From: Candidatus Poribacteria bacterium
GTDB lineage: Bacteria > Poribacteria > WGA-4E > JAJDTR01
Length of the DNA: 64,000 nucleotides
Direction of reading: 5' to 3'
Assembly: GCA_965222225.1 (NCBI GenBank)
Contig: CBDCTK010000002.1
Coordinates: forward strand, 5,571,098-5,635,097
Part shown: positions 1 through 11,977 of the stretch, in pieces
Position numbering within the stretch: position 1 is the stretch's first letter
How the letters are laid out: each line of letters begins with the position of its first letter
Notes under the pieces: generated by a model
Database searches by the model: none
Told to the model about the DNA's origin: nothing
Seen by the model: the letters and a program-made list of their open reading frames with translations, nothing else
Made by a program: the position numbers and the translations under genes

Positions 1-155
1 TTAGTATGCTTGTAGCTAGAAGCGGAACTGCAAGAACGCACAGGACATATTGAAATATACGCATGGTTTTCTTTCCTTTGACAGTTGTAGAGTAATTTTG
101 CGGGCTATATGCTAGTTGTAGGTCGTACACAACAAAATGAGGTCTCGATTGAGAG

Positions 156-192
156 GGGATCTCTATCGTAGTCGCTGTTCGCTTCCTAGATC
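156..192 (+). repeat. 37-bp dispersed unit
   Basis: GGGATCTCTATCGTAGTCGCTGTTCGCTTCCTAGATC. Confidence 0.75.
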
Positions 193-237
193 TTACCGGA
201 TTCCCTATATTTCTAAATCTACGATTATTTCGGCATT

Positions 238-1530
<1,293 letters not shown>

Positions 1531-1732
1531 TCAATCCTCCACATACAGATTTTAGCGAATTTTGAATTAGTCAACTAGATGGTTTATGCGACGTGCTGCT
1601 CGCGCGGATTGACCACTTCATCGGTCAAAGGCTTGGATTTGGCAATCCTATCCGAGCGGAAAACACAATTATGAGTGTCTCGCATCCGGCCGACCATTAC
1701 AGATTTTAGTGAATCTTGAGGTAGTACCTTTC

Positions 1733-2428
1733 TCATTCCTCAATCACAAACTCAAAGAGGAGATACGAACTCGCTAGAAACACAAAGCCGTAGATGACCA
1801 ACATCGAAATCCAAAATTTCTCCTCAAGCCCTCCCGTCGTCAGTAGTGATACGGTACATTTCGCCCCAGCCATGATGACAGGAAATATCAATGGTAGCAG
1901 GATGACGGACAAAAGGCTTTCCTTACCATGCGTACTGGTAGAAATGCCCGAAATCGTCACACCAACCGCGCAGAAGCCGAGCGTACCCACAATGAGCACG
2001 CCGATTAGTTTTATTAATGTCCCTAGCGTCAGCATATCCAGTGCGTCCAAAAATTGAAGTGCGACCGGTGTTATTACCGCCTCCAAAACAGCGAGGAGGA
2101 TTAGATTACTCACAACTTTGGACAGATAGAGATTGCTCGGATCGACGCCCGTTAATCTAACTCCGTGTAACGCCCCATTTGCACGTTCAACATCAAAAGA
2201 TCTGTTCAACAAGATAATCCCCGCGAAGGCAAAAGCCGCCCATAATACACTTGCAGCGAGTTTTCCTCGATCTTCAACGTCCTGGGGGAAGATGGGCCCG
2301 AATGCAAGACTAAAGATTAGCACTACAAGCACGCTGAAAACGAAGATTAGAACCAAAGTGTCCTTCGTGCGAATGAAGAGCGCAACATCTTTGCGAACTA
2401 GCCAACCGATTTGACGAAATCCGTTCAT
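1733..2428 (-). CDS. ccmB: Heme exporter protein B
   Basis: About 6 TM segments, LLNRSFDVERANG and LLSVILLPLIFP motifs; overlaps ccmA. Confidence 0.88.
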   Translation of the reverse strand: MNGFRQIGWLVRKDVALFIRTKDTLVLIFVFSVLVVLIFSLAFGPIFPQDVEDRGKLAASVLWAAFAFAGIILLNRSFDVERANGALHGVRLTGVDPSNLYLSKVVSNLILLAVLEAVITPVALQFLDALDMLTLGTLIKLIGVLIVGTLGFCAVGVTISGISTSTHGKESLLSVILLPLIFPVIMAGAKCTVSLLTTGGLEEKFWISMLVIYGFVFLASSYLLFEFVIEE

Positions 2429-3138
2429 ATCATTTGATGTTGTTTCAGGCTCTGTTCATACCGGAGGGACAATTCATCGACCGCTATTTCATCTCTATCG
2501 GCGATTGTGTCAAGCCGCGCATTCAACAAAAAGAGATAACGTGAGCCTGCGAGATAACCCAATTGTGTCTCGTGTGTTGTCAGCACAATTCCTTTGCCCT
2601 GTGCACGCTCGTGGTGAATTCGTTCCAACACAAATTGCTTCGCGGCGACATCAAGTCCGGAAAAGGGTTCATCGAGAAACAGAAGTGTCGGGTCATGGAT
2701 GAGGGCTTTTGCGATCATGAATCTCTGAATCATGCCTCGCGAAAAGATTTCCATCCGCTCGTGCGCAAATTGTGTCAGCCCAACCTCATCAAGGAGGGTA
2801 ACAATCCGCCGCTCTAATGAATCGACGGCATATAATTTCCCAAAAAACCTGAGATTTTCGTAGGGAGTCAATTCAAGATAGGCAAGTGGTTCGTGGACAA
2901 CTACTCCGAGCGATGGACGAACACGTAAAGAATTTTCAAGAGCGTTTGCGCCAGCTATTTGTAGATTCCCAGATTCGGGTTTGATTAGCGTTGAAAGAAT
3001 CTTGATGAGGGTCGTTTTTCCTGCTCCATTGGGCCCAAGAATCGACACAACCTCGCCGGGCTGAACATTGATATCTACATCGTTCAGAACCGTGCGATGA
3101 CCAAAGCGCTTTGTTATATTGGTGGCTTGAAGCAACAT
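2425..3138 (-). CDS. ccmA: Heme ABC exporter ATP-binding protein
   Basis: Walker A GPNGAGKT, FSRGMIQR signature, LFLDEP Walker B; adjacent to ccmB; ATG at 3138 preferred. Confidence 0.85.
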   Translation of the reverse strand: MLLQATNITKRFGHRTVLNDVDINVQPGEVVSILGPNGAGKTTLIKILSTLIKPESGNLQIAGANALENSLRVRPSLGVVVHEPLAYLELTPYENLRFFGKLYAVDSLERRIVTLLDEVGLTQFAHERMEIFSRGMIQRFMIAKALIHDPTLLFLDEPFSGLDVAAKQFVLERIHHERAQGKGIVLTTHETQLGYLAGSRYLFLLNARLDTIADRDEIAVDELSLRYEQSLKQHQMI

Positions 3139-3472
3139 ATCAGACGGACGGAACAGGACGGGCAACTTGATTGGGTTGAAATGGGTATTGTCAGGTACGA
3201 ACTGTAGGCTGAATCAGTAAAACAGAAGCGTAACGGACGCAGTCATATCTTCACTGCCTAGATACGCCATGCCCTGTCTGTTGGGTTGGCACAAGTCTGT
3301 TATTGTGTGCCCAGATAGACCTAATTGCTCTATCAATCCGAGGGCAATCGTGTGAGTTGTATATTAATACGATTTTTTTGGGTAGGGGTTACGGGGAGGC
3401 ACAATCTTTGGGAGGCAGAAAGGCGCGAAGAATGATTAACAAACGTTATTTTTATATTACGAAATAGCATTA

Positions 3473-3648
3473 GAGCTTGTTTGAATAATCGGTAACAGAG
3501 CCAGCTTTTTGTCATTTGAAGAGAGGTTTTTCATGTTTTTGCAGTTTCCTGCTATATACTGTCAGGATTTCTATCGCACTCACTATTCGTTCGCTTGATC
3601 CCACGCTGGGGCTTTTAGAGGCTGGTGCGCAGTGCGCACCCTACAAGA
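3473..3648. mobile_element. Partial/chimeric MITE family B copy
   Basis: TTA followed by GAGCTTGTTTGAATAATCGGT, similar to 57020-57160; ends in the REP hairpin also found in family A. Confidence 0.7.
3564..3600 (+). repeat. 37-bp dispersed unit
   Basis: AGGATTTCTATCGCACTCACTATTCGTTCGCTTGATC. Confidence 0.9.
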
Positions 3649-3705
3649 AATGGAGCGCGGATTCCGCCCTGATTTGATGATAGAAAAGGGATTACCGTGG
3701 GAGTT

Positions 3706-5370
3706 CTATCGAACTCGGTGTTCACTTAACCTCACTAGCGCCTCCGCCGCGAAGAGTTTCATATCACTACTTTCGTTGTTGCCGATAATATCAATTAGGA
3801 TAGGCTCTGCACGCTTTACGCCCAACTCTCCCAGGGCTATTGCGGCTCTCGGTGTGTAGTCGCCGTCGCGTTGGGCGAGAATGTCCATCAAATAGGGAAT
3901 GCCGCGTTCATCTCCCAACTTTGCTAACGCTTTAGCGGCATCGATTCGTACCATCTCACTCATTAACATATGCATTTCGTCCAAAGGGGTAGAATCCGCG
4001 AAGTAGTCACCGTCATTGCTAAAAGCGTTTATCAGGGCCGGGATAGCACGCATGTCTCCCATTGCGCCCAATGTTCGGGCGGCATTCGCCCTTACAGTAT
4101 TATTATAACGACCGTTGAGACAACCAATCAATACGGGGAGCGCCCGCTTATCTCCATTCTCTCCCAGCTTGACTGCGGCACGAATTCCGAGATAGGACGC
4201 GGCGAAGGAAGCGTGGGCTTCTAACATGTCATTTTCTCCCATCTGCGGCAAGATGTACAGCGGTTTTACCTCCTTCCAGGCATTCTCGAGACCGTCTATC
4301 AAGGCGTCAACGCCACGCTCAATCCCCGCTTCCGCTAACGCCGCGGTGGCACGCCTTTGCGCCGCATTACCGTCATCGTTGAGGATGTCTATCAAGACGG
4401 AGACGCCGCGCTCTTCCCCCAATCTTGCCAATGCTAGTGCAGCACGCACTCGGTCGTACGTAAGACTGTCGTTGAGAACGTCAATCAGAGCAGGGACCGC
4501 TCTCGCATCACCTAATTCTCCCAACGCTTCTACGATCCAGCGCGATGCGCCCTCTTCATCATCACGGAGGTACTTTATCAAGAATGGAGCAGCACTCTTG
4601 GCTTTCAACTTTCCCAACACTCCTGCAACTTGCCCCCGCACGGGAACGTCACTTTCATAAAAAACTCGTATCAAAGCAGGAACTGTCGACTCGCCTGCCA
4701 ACTTTTCCAGTGCGTCGGTAACACTCATCAAGAACCACAGATTACGCATCCCACCAAGTTTTACAGAGGGGGCTATCTCGCTTAAAACATCTATCAATGG
4801 AGGGACAGCTTTCTTGTCCCCCAAATTTCCCAGCGTTTCAGCAGCGACGGATCGAACATCTTGGTCATTATTTTTCAAAGCGCCTCGCACTATCTCTAAT
4901 AGTAACTCGGGAGAAATTACTTCGCTCAACTTATAATATCTGTAATACTCTTTGAATGCGTCGCTGGTTCGCCCACTTGGGGCGAGCACTTTCACTAACA
5001 TGGCACGCCCAACCGGTTTTTCCGGGTATTCCTGAATAAAGCTATCAATCAATTTCAGGGCTCTCTCACGTTCTCCATCTTTGAGGTACGCACTTCCTAC
5101 GGTTAGCAGCCTCTCCAACATGGCATACCCAATCGATTTCGCTGGGTATTCTTGAATGTAGCCATCGATCAGATCAAAAGCTCGCTCATAATCGCCCACC
5201 TTTAGAAAAGCATCTGTTTTCTCTTCTAATTCTGATTTCCCAGAACCATAGCTTGGAAGAATCGCCTGAAGACAAATAAGTGCGACCGCCACCCCAAGGC
5301 TTATTATCGTAGTATTCAATCGCCTCATTCTGTGTTTCTTTACTTGTTGGGTATTAGGAATCACATTCAC
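3706..5370 (-). CDS. Exported HEAT/PBS-lyase-repeat protein with a duplicated TPR-like N-terminal hairpin
   Basis: Hydrophobic N-terminal segment, many ALGxLGDxRAVPxLI repeats, duplicated ERAxxLIDxxIQEYPxK motif; the start could be 5328. Confidence 0.85.
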   Translation of the reverse strand: MNVIPNTQQVKKHRMRRLNTTIISLGVAVALICLQAILPSYGSGKSELEEKTDAFLKVGDYERAFDLIDGYIQEYPAKSIGYAMLERLLTVGSAYLKDGERERALKLIDSFIQEYPEKPVGRAMLVKVLAPSGRTSDAFKEYYRYYKLSEVISPELLLEIVRGALKNNDQDVRSVAAETLGNLGDKKAVPPLIDVLSEIAPSVKLGGMRNLWFLMSVTDALEKLAGESTVPALIRVFYESDVPVRGQVAGVLGKLKAKSAAPFLIKYLRDDEEGASRWIVEALGELGDARAVPALIDVLNDSLTYDRVRAALALARLGEERGVSVLIDILNDDGNAAQRRATAALAEAGIERGVDALIDGLENAWKEVKPLYILPQMGENDMLEAHASFAASYLGIRAAVKLGENGDKRALPVLIGCLNGRYNNTVRANAARTLGAMGDMRAIPALINAFSNDGDYFADSTPLDEMHMLMSEMVRIDAAKALAKLGDERGIPYLMDILAQRDGDYTPRAAIALGELGVKRAEPILIDIIGNNESSDMKLFAAEALVRLSEHRVR

Positions 5371-5594
5371 CCCTCAAATTTTGAAGTGATTGCTGCTCTC
5401 TAAACATAATCAGACTCAATTAGCCGAAGTAGCTTGTATGTACATTTATCTTCGCTCGGAACGCGATTTTTTTTATTTCATAAGAAAACAGCCTGAAATC
5501 ATGGTGCGGATTTCAGGCTGTCTAAGGTCAGAACCGGAACTGAAGATTCGGTTACGTTTTAATGGATTCGAAGGACCGGACCTGCGAACTCAGG

Positions 5595-6491
5595 TTACAT
5601 CATCTTTTTGAGAATTGCCGCACCTTGTTCCTTGGTAACCCCTAGATTCCGATGGGCAAGAGGACCACCTTCGCTAAGAACGGGCTCAGCACCATCCAAA
5701 GAAGCACGGCTTGTGTCGTAATAAAATAACCCGGTGGGAATTTCGTCGCCCCATTGCATTGAGTGCTCAATGGCAGCTTTCCAATCTGTGGGATCGTGTC
5801 CCGAATCTTCAAGTTTGGTGACGGTCTGTTTGAAAAACGCGAACGTGTCGTCCTTATTGTAGGTAATGCACGGGCTAAAGACATCAACCAAAGCAAACCC
5901 TTTGTGTTCCAAGCCCCTATACATCAGTTCAGCGAGATGCTTCGTGTCTCCACTAAATCCTCTGGCAACATAGGTCGCACCCGTCACAATTGCCATCGCC
6001 AAGGGGTTGACGGGGCCCTCAAGGCTACCAAACGGGGTACTCTTGGTCTTCTTACCGATTCTGCTGGTAGGAGAAACCTGGCCCGTGGTCAAGCCATAGA
6101 TTTGATTGTTCATAACAATATACAGCAAGTCGACGTTGCGTCGCATTGTATGAACAAAATGGTTTCCACCAATACCATAACCGTCGCCATCGCCGCCGGT
6201 AGCAATCACTGTCAATTCATGGTTGGCGAGTTTGACTCCTGTCGCCACCGGCAACGACCGTCCATGAAGGGTATGCATCCCGTAGGTATTGATATACCCC
6301 GGTAGGTTTGAAGAACACCCGATACCGCTAACCGTGACAAATTCATGGGGTTCACGTCCCAATTTTGCGCACGCCAACTCAAGCGCCCTGAGGACGCCGA
6401 AATCGCCACATCCCGGACACCAATCGGGTGCTACATCTCCTTTGAAATCCTTGGCTGTAGGGGCTGCTTTAATGGGTCTATCCGATGCCAT
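5595..6491 (-). CDS. korB: 2-oxoacid:ferredoxin oxidoreductase beta subunit
   Basis: WCPGCG, SGIGCS, GGDGD TPP-binding motif and NNQIYGLT; substrate specificity not determinable. Confidence 0.93.
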   Translation of the reverse strand: MASDRPIKAAPTAKDFKGDVAPDWCPGCGDFGVLRALELACAKLGREPHEFVTVSGIGCSSNLPGYINTYGMHTLHGRSLPVATGVKLANHELTVIATGGDGDGYGIGGNHFVHTMRRNVDLLYIVMNNQIYGLTTGQVSPTSRIGKKTKSTPFGSLEGPVNPLAMAIVTGATYVARGFSGDTKHLAELMYRGLEHKGFALVDVFSPCITYNKDDTFAFFKQTVTKLEDSGHDPTDWKAAIEHSMQWGDEIPTGLFYYDTSRASLDGAEPVLSEGGPLAHRNLGVTKEQGAAILKKMM

Positions 6492-6509
6492 GTTGTCCTC
6501 CTTGCTTAT

Positions 6510-8288
6510 TTAGACTACAATCTCTTGATATGGGACATACAAGTCAGTTTTGCCGGCCACCTGCTCTTTGACCCCATCCACGATATGGTGCGGCATAAAC
6601 GGTTCACCATCGTACTTGCGAATGTGGCCGTCAGCATCAAAACCGGTTTCACTGCGCAGATAACGCGCGAATTGCCCCGTATAGTTGTTTTCTACCATGA
6701 TTGTCCGCTTGGCTGTCGAGAGCGCCTGTGTGATTTCTTCCACATGCAGAGGAACAATCCATTTTATCGCGAGTTGATTCGTAGGAATACCTTCCTGAGT
6801 TAGGATGCTTGCAGCCTCCTGAATTACACCTTTAGTGGTACCCCAACCGATGAGGGTAACCTCCGCATCTTCGGGGCCTTCCAATTCAGGCGGGGCGATT
6901 AGAGAGACGACGGGTTCCATTTTCCGCTGACGTTTCTCGACCATCGCGCGGCGTATATGCGGATTCGTGAACTCGTCGCTGATTAACCCTCCGTCTTCAT
7001 CGTGTTCATCTGTCGCAACGACATGTAGATGTCCCGGCGTACCGGGCAATGCCCGCGGGGAGATTCCGTTCTCCGTAAGCTTGTAGCGCAAATACGTTTC
7101 TCCGGTGTTATCGGGTTCGGTGATTAGCTCGCCACGGTCGATTGGTTGTTCCCAATTGATGTCATCCGGATCGACAGTCGCGAACCCCTCCGACACTGAA
7201 AGATCAGTGATAACAAGACCGGGGCACTGGAACTTGTCGACCAAATTGAACAACTCCGGGATTGTGTTAAAGCAATCCAATATATCGGTTACCGCGACGA
7301 TAATCTTTGGAAAATCCCCTTGACTGGCACCCAACATCTGCCATAAATCGCCTTGCTCTGTCTTCGTCGGAACACCAGTTGATGGGCCTGCGCGTTGGAC
7401 GTTAATGGCTACCATTGGTATTTCCATCATTCCCGCGCTGCCAATCGCTTCAGTCATAAGCGCAAAGCCGCCACCGGAAGTGGCACACATGGCACGACAA
7501 CCGGCATGAGCGGCACCAATCACCATATTGATGACGCCAATCTCATCTTCGACTTGTCTAACCATGATTCCCAAATCGTTCGCATTTTCAGCCATCCAGT
7601 GAAGAACACCGGTAGAGGGGCTCATAGGATAGGCGCAGTAAAAATTGACACCTGCTGCAGCACCACCCATGGCGAGCGCCTCGTTGCCACCAACTTGGGC
7701 AAGGGGTTTGTCTTTCTGCGGGAGCGAGGTAGAATAGGGAACGAAATGCTTGACCGCATAGTCATACGCGGCGCGAGCTACATCAACGTTTTCGTCAACG
7801 ACAGCTTGTCCTTTTCGCTTAAATTGGAGCGTTAGGATTTCCTCTAGAAATTTGAACTCCAGACCGAGAAGATGGAGAATAGCCGCAACCGCCACGGTGT
7901 TCTGGACCAACTTATTTCGACTGTTGTTGCTAAGCTCCTTTACCGGCATTGGACACAGTTGAAGTCCTTCAGAAACTATTCCGGGCTTGATAGTATCACT
8001 GTTAAAAATCGCTGTTCCGCCCGGCACAACATGCTGAAGGTGGCGATCCATGGTGTCTTGGTTCAAACAGAACAACAGATCAATCTTATCTCCATGGCTT
8101 GTGACCGGTTCTGTGCTGATTCGCGTGGTCAGAAAAATGTGACCGCCACGGATGATAGACTGATAGGAATTGTAAGAAAAAAACTGGAGACCGCGACGTG
8201 CACAGATTCTAGCGAGAATGTTGCCAGGGGTAGCGATTCCCTGCCCAGCGGCCCCGCCGATAGCAATCGCGAAGTCAAATTTCGCCAT
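6510..8288 (-). CDS. korA: 2-oxoacid:ferredoxin oxidoreductase alpha subunit (gamma-alpha fusion)
   Basis: GGAAGQG, IRGGH, YPMSPST, EDEI, TSGGGF and QRAGPSTG motifs. Confidence 0.93.
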   Translation of the reverse strand: MAKFDFAIAIGGAAGQGIATPGNILARICARRGLQFFSYNSYQSIIRGGHIFLTTRISTEPVTSHGDKIDLLFCLNQDTMDRHLQHVVPGGTAIFNSDTIKPGIVSEGLQLCPMPVKELSNNSRNKLVQNTVAVAAILHLLGLEFKFLEEILTLQFKRKGQAVVDENVDVARAAYDYAVKHFVPYSTSLPQKDKPLAQVGGNEALAMGGAAAGVNFYCAYPMSPSTGVLHWMAENANDLGIMVRQVEDEIGVINMVIGAAHAGCRAMCATSGGGFALMTEAIGSAGMMEIPMVAINVQRAGPSTGVPTKTEQGDLWQMLGASQGDFPKIIVAVTDILDCFNTIPELFNLVDKFQCPGLVITDLSVSEGFATVDPDDINWEQPIDRGELITEPDNTGETYLRYKLTENGISPRALPGTPGHLHVVATDEHDEDGGLISDEFTNPHIRRAMVEKRQRKMEPVVSLIAPPELEGPEDAEVTLIGWGTTKGVIQEAASILTQEGIPTNQLAIKWIVPLHVEEITQALSTAKRTIMVENNYTGQFARYLRSETGFDADGHIRKYDGEPFMPHHIVDGVKEQVAGKTDLYVPYQEIVV

Positions 8289-8702
8289 CTTTTGTCCTTT
8301 CTTGCCAATATACTCCCACTTTGGTCTTAAATGAACATATCATTATTTAGCATAAAACGACGAATTTATTCAGGTTGCCGTTATTGTTTAAGTCACTGGT
8401 CAGATATGTTTTGATGGTTGGGTGATACCGGTTGGTGGGAAACTTGGCAACACTTAGCTATAAGGATAACACATCTACATTAGGATTTCAACTGAATTCT
8501 GTATTTTTAAGCGCATTCGCATCTGGTCATTTGTTGTAGAGGCGGCTCTGCGTTGTTCAAGACCGGATGTGCTATGATTACGAGAAGAGGGGAAATCGAG
8601 GATTTGACAATCGTCGATTTCAGAAGAAGTTGCGATTTTGAGATCGCTCCTACAGGATAGCGGAACATTCTCGTTGGTCCAAAACTACATAGAAATCAAA
8701 TC

Positions 8703-9305
8703 TTACAACTGATTCAATGCACTTTCCGCCTTGAGCGTTCCAATCTGTTTTAATGCATACACAGCGTGTTGACGAACTCGCTCGGATTCATCGCGCAAAA
8801 CTTCCGTTAGCATGGGGATGGCGTCGTACGCGGATTCCCCGAGACGAGCGAGTGCAATAACCACATTTACGCGAACCTCTACATCTTCGTCGCGTAAGGC
8901 TTGGGTCAATGCAGGAACCGCGGCGACAGCGGAACTACGCATTATTCCCAGTGCCCTCGCAGCGTTTTCGCGAACAGGTTGATACGAATCTCCGAGGGCT
9001 TGAATCAATGCCGGCACCGCAGCTTCACCTAGCCTGCCGAGTGCGTCGGCGGCATTGAGACCCCGATGCTTTATCTCATCTCCCATCGCCTCGATTAACT
9101 CGGGAATAGCGGGGGCACCAATCCGAGCAAGTGCGTCAGCGGCGCCATCGCACACATCCCAGATATCGTATCCAAGCGCTTCTATCAGCGCGGGTACAGC
9201 GGGGGCACCGATTTCAACCAAAGCAGAAGCCGCGGCATCTTGGATCTCATCATCTTCATCGCCTAATTCTTCGATTAGCTCATCTATATCGTGATTTTGT
9301 TCCAT
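8703..9305 (-). CDS. HEAT-repeat protein
   Basis: Tandem AAxALxxIGxPAVPALIEAL repeats. Confidence 0.88.
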   Translation of the reverse strand: MEQNHDIDELIEELGDEDDEIQDAAASALVEIGAPAVPALIEALGYDIWDVCDGAADALARIGAPAIPELIEAMGDEIKHRGLNAADALGRLGEAAVPALIQALGDSYQPVRENAARALGIMRSSAVAAVPALTQALRDEDVEVRVNVVIALARLGESAYDAIPMLTEVLRDESERVRQHAVYALKQIGTLKAESALNQL

Positions 9306-9310
9306 TACTG

Positions 9311-10636
9311 CTAATTCGTTCTCCGAGTTTTCTCAAGAATGGTGTTAAGCCGATCCACTTGCTCTTTGCGCAAGCGGTTATATACCCGCTCCGAAATCTC
9401 TTTTTTCTCATACATTTGGTCGAGGCGCGTAACCATTTCAAGTCGTGAAATTCGTGCATGTTCAAGGTCATCGGAATCGAGTTTGTTCAGCCAACTCGCA
9501 TCGGGAGCGGTTTGAGGTTCGTCCGGCTTGGCGGTTTGCGCCCCGCTGGAGCGCACCATGAAGATTGCCGCGACCAAGAAGCCACTGGCACACGCCGCAG
9601 CAAATGCGATTAGGGCAATCATCTTGGCGTTTGCGGGTTGGCTTAGGCTCAGCCCCGCATTCCTCCCCGCCGATGTGACCGGGGCAACCTTGAAATTAAG
9701 CAGGGCGGTCTTGCCGATAGGCAACGGTTTGGCGGGATTGATGGCGTAAATGATGTACGTCGTTTCGTGAATCTGTTCTCGACGACCAGCGCCCAAAATA
9801 GGGGATTGAGGCGTGAGCGGTAATCCCTCGGTGATGAAGACATAGAGCTGGTCGGTATCAAAGGAGAGCGCGCGCGACAGATCCAAACCGGAATTCTCAA
9901 TGTGCATGATGTAGGAGAAGCCGGAACCGAATTTTCCCGGCGGCAGCGGTTGTTTGGATATCAGCTTGTTCGATTCTAGGGCAAGATCTTTGCTTATCAT
10001 AGAGTCAATCTGGAGACCTTCATAACCGATTGGCAGGTTCAGATACATTCCCACGGATTGGCTGTTGACCGTTGTCCGGAACTCCATTTCGCTCGTATTT
10101 TCGAATTGAATGAGTTCCATTATCGATACAGCGCCATCGGGCGCATGGTCCGGCGGGGGCGGTGCGATGATAATCGTGTGCCCGCGAACTTTCACCACTG
10201 AATGGTCATCGGTGAAATTCCCAATTTCGATGTCCACATTGGACTCTGGTACCCAAGTCGACAACACCAGATCGGTTTCCACGTGTTCCTTATCTTCGTG
10301 GATGGTCGAAACGCCATAGTACGTTTCCATGCCGAATGGCAGGTTATCGAAGCTGTATGAGCCATCGCTCGTCGTTATTGTTTCACGCTGCTGCGTCTCC
10401 GCACCTTGGTGAATCGTTAACGTGACCTTCTGGTCTACAAGCGGTTTATTGCTTTGCCTATCAATTACTTTCCCTTTTATGGTGCCCGTTGCGTTTTGTG
10501 CTGTAGCAGGCGAGAGAAAGACGAGATAGGTGGCTGCAAAGCAAGATACCAAGAGGATGAATCGCGAAAAATGCAATCCATGGGGCGCGGCGGGTGTTTG
10601 GCAGTTTGGCAATTGTGGAGTCCAGACGATTTGCAT
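9311..10636 (-). CDS. Membrane-anchored protein with carboxypeptidase-regulatory-like (Cna-B-like) domain, in the ccm operon
   Basis: Signal peptide ending ATA/Q, GTIKGKV and DGSYSFDNLP, C-terminal TM and CcmI-like LDQMYEKKEISE tail; ATG at 10636 preferred. Confidence 0.7.
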   Translation of the reverse strand: MQIVWTPQLPNCQTPAAPHGLHFSRFILLVSCFAATYLVFLSPATAQNATGTIKGKVIDRQSNKPLVDQKVTLTIHQGAETQQRETITTSDGSYSFDNLPFGMETYYGVSTIHEDKEHVETDLVLSTWVPESNVDIEIGNFTDDHSVVKVRGHTIIIAPPPPDHAPDGAVSIMELIQFENTSEMEFRTTVNSQSVGMYLNLPIGYEGLQIDSMISKDLALESNKLISKQPLPPGKFGSGFSYIMHIENSGLDLSRALSFDTDQLYVFITEGLPLTPQSPILGAGRREQIHETTYIIYAINPAKPLPIGKTALLNFKVAPVTSAGRNAGLSLSQPANAKMIALIAFAAACASGFLVAAIFMVRSSGAQTAKPDEPQTAPDASWLNKLDSDDLEHARISRLEMVTRLDQMYEKKEISERVYNRLRKEQVDRLNTILEKTRRTN

Positions 10637-10643
10637 TATTGAT

Positions 10644-10979
10644 TTAGCTTTCACCCTTTGTCCTTCTATATCTTTCGATTTCTTCTTCAACCGAAATCGT
10701 TCCAGGCGATTCAATCTGTGTCACAACTGCCGCAGTCTCATTGAGGAGTTGTTTCCTCAATGTTTGATAGTCTTGTTCGGACAGTTTGCCAACCTCGTAA
10801 TCTTCATCAAGGTCCACGAGTGCAGAAAAACTGCGCTCACGTTCGTGGAACAACTGCTGTATGTTGGATTCGACGGCATCCATTTCGGGTGCAGTGTGTC
10901 CCCTAAATCGTAAGGGTAGACCAAGGTAAACTATCAGAGGGATTCCAAGTAGCAAAATCCACAAAATAATCAAAAACAT
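10644..10979 (-). CDS. CcmI/CycH N-terminal-like small membrane protein
   Basis: N-terminal TM followed by LVDLDEDYEVGKLSEQDY, typical of the CcmI N-domain; GGAG RBS upstream. Confidence 0.65.
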   Translation of the reverse strand: MFLIILWILLLGIPLIVYLGLPLRFRGHTAPEMDAVESNIQQLFHERERSFSALVDLDEDYEVGKLSEQDYQTLRKQLLNETAAVVTQIESPGTISVEEEIERYRRTKGES

Positions 10980-11042
10980 CGCGATTAACTCCTTGGACAG
11001 AGCAGGCAGAGAGCCATCCAAATAAACCCCTAAGTCTACTTA

Positions 11043-11558
11043 TTATCGCCCCTGCTTAAGGCTTTCGAGTTCGGCTTCAATTTGTTTTTGCACGTTCTCG
11101 GATACAGCCGTGCTTTTTCCCGGGGGCTCAGGTTGCGTGGTTATTGAGGAACGCATTTTCGATTTGATTACAAGAAAAATGACTACACCAATCAAGACGA
11201 TTATAATGACGGGCATTATGTAGGCGACAAGGTTGAAACCGGTGGGCGGCATGAGGGCAGAGAACTGTGTGCCATATTTGGTGATGTATTCATTGCGAAT
11301 CTGTTCAACACTACTGCCGGCTAGAAGACGATTGCGAAAATCAGCCTCAATCTGCCGGGCTGTTCCACACACACACTGTTGGATTGTCTCCCTTGTACAT
11401 CCACAGTAACAGTATACACTCGTCTTCAACTGTTCTAGCTGGGTGTCAATGGCTGGCTGTACGCCGCCACTTGTTTCGTTAGCAGATACGACCCAAGAAC
11501 TGGCGCCGAGGGTTAATCCAAATACAAGAGCTATGCGTAGGAGTTGGAGTGAGGTCAT
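11043..11558 (-). CDS. ccmH: Cytochrome c biogenesis CcmH/CcmL-like protein
   Basis: Signal peptide, YCYCGC...CVC, EQIRNEYITKYG and PP-GFN followed by a TM; downstream of ccmF. Confidence 0.75.
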   Translation of the reverse strand: MTSLQLLRIALVFGLTLGASSWVVSANETSGGVQPAIDTQLEQLKTSVYCYCGCTRETIQQCVCGTARQIEADFRNRLLAGSSVEQIRNEYITKYGTQFSALMPPTGFNLVAYIMPVIIIVLIGVVIFLVIKSKMRSSITTQPEPPGKSTAVSENVQKQIEAELESLKQGR

Positions 11559-11562
11559 CTTA

Positions 11563-11826
11563 GCTCGACTTTGTACATTTGAGTGAGATAACAAACGGTG
11601 TCAATTGAACGTTCAAGAAAAGCGGGGAGATTTTAACCATCTGGTCTTTTTGGTTGACCATTGAAAAAGTCGGCGGCGGTTTCTGATATTGTGCAACCTG
11701 TCGGAATCTCTATCGCACTCACTACTTTAGGATTTACTATGGGACTTCTATCGCGGTCACTATCCGTTCCCTTGATCCTTCGTTATCCACTCAGTTGATC
11801 GTTCGTTTGATCCCGCGCTGGGGCTC
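11563..11826. mobile_element. Partial MITE family A copy (left end) between ccmF and ccmH
   Basis: TTA followed by GCTCGACTTTGTACA and long similarity to 56718-56945. Confidence 0.85.
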
Positions 11827-11895
11827 TAATGTAAACAACTCGCTGGTGCTAGACACCGAAGATTTCTATCGCACTCGTTATTCACTCCCTTGATC
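11703..11895 (+). repeat. Three nested 37-bp units (11703-11812) plus a fourth copy (11859-11895)
   Basis: Outer 11703-11724 + 11801-11812; middle 11729-11740 + 11778-11800; inner 11741-11777. Confidence 0.85.
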
Positions 11896-11977
11896 TCTGC
11901 TGGAGCGGAAGGTTAAGCGCTTCAACCTTAGCGTAAAACCGATGGATTTTCAAACGAGGTCTCAATTTGTGAATCGG

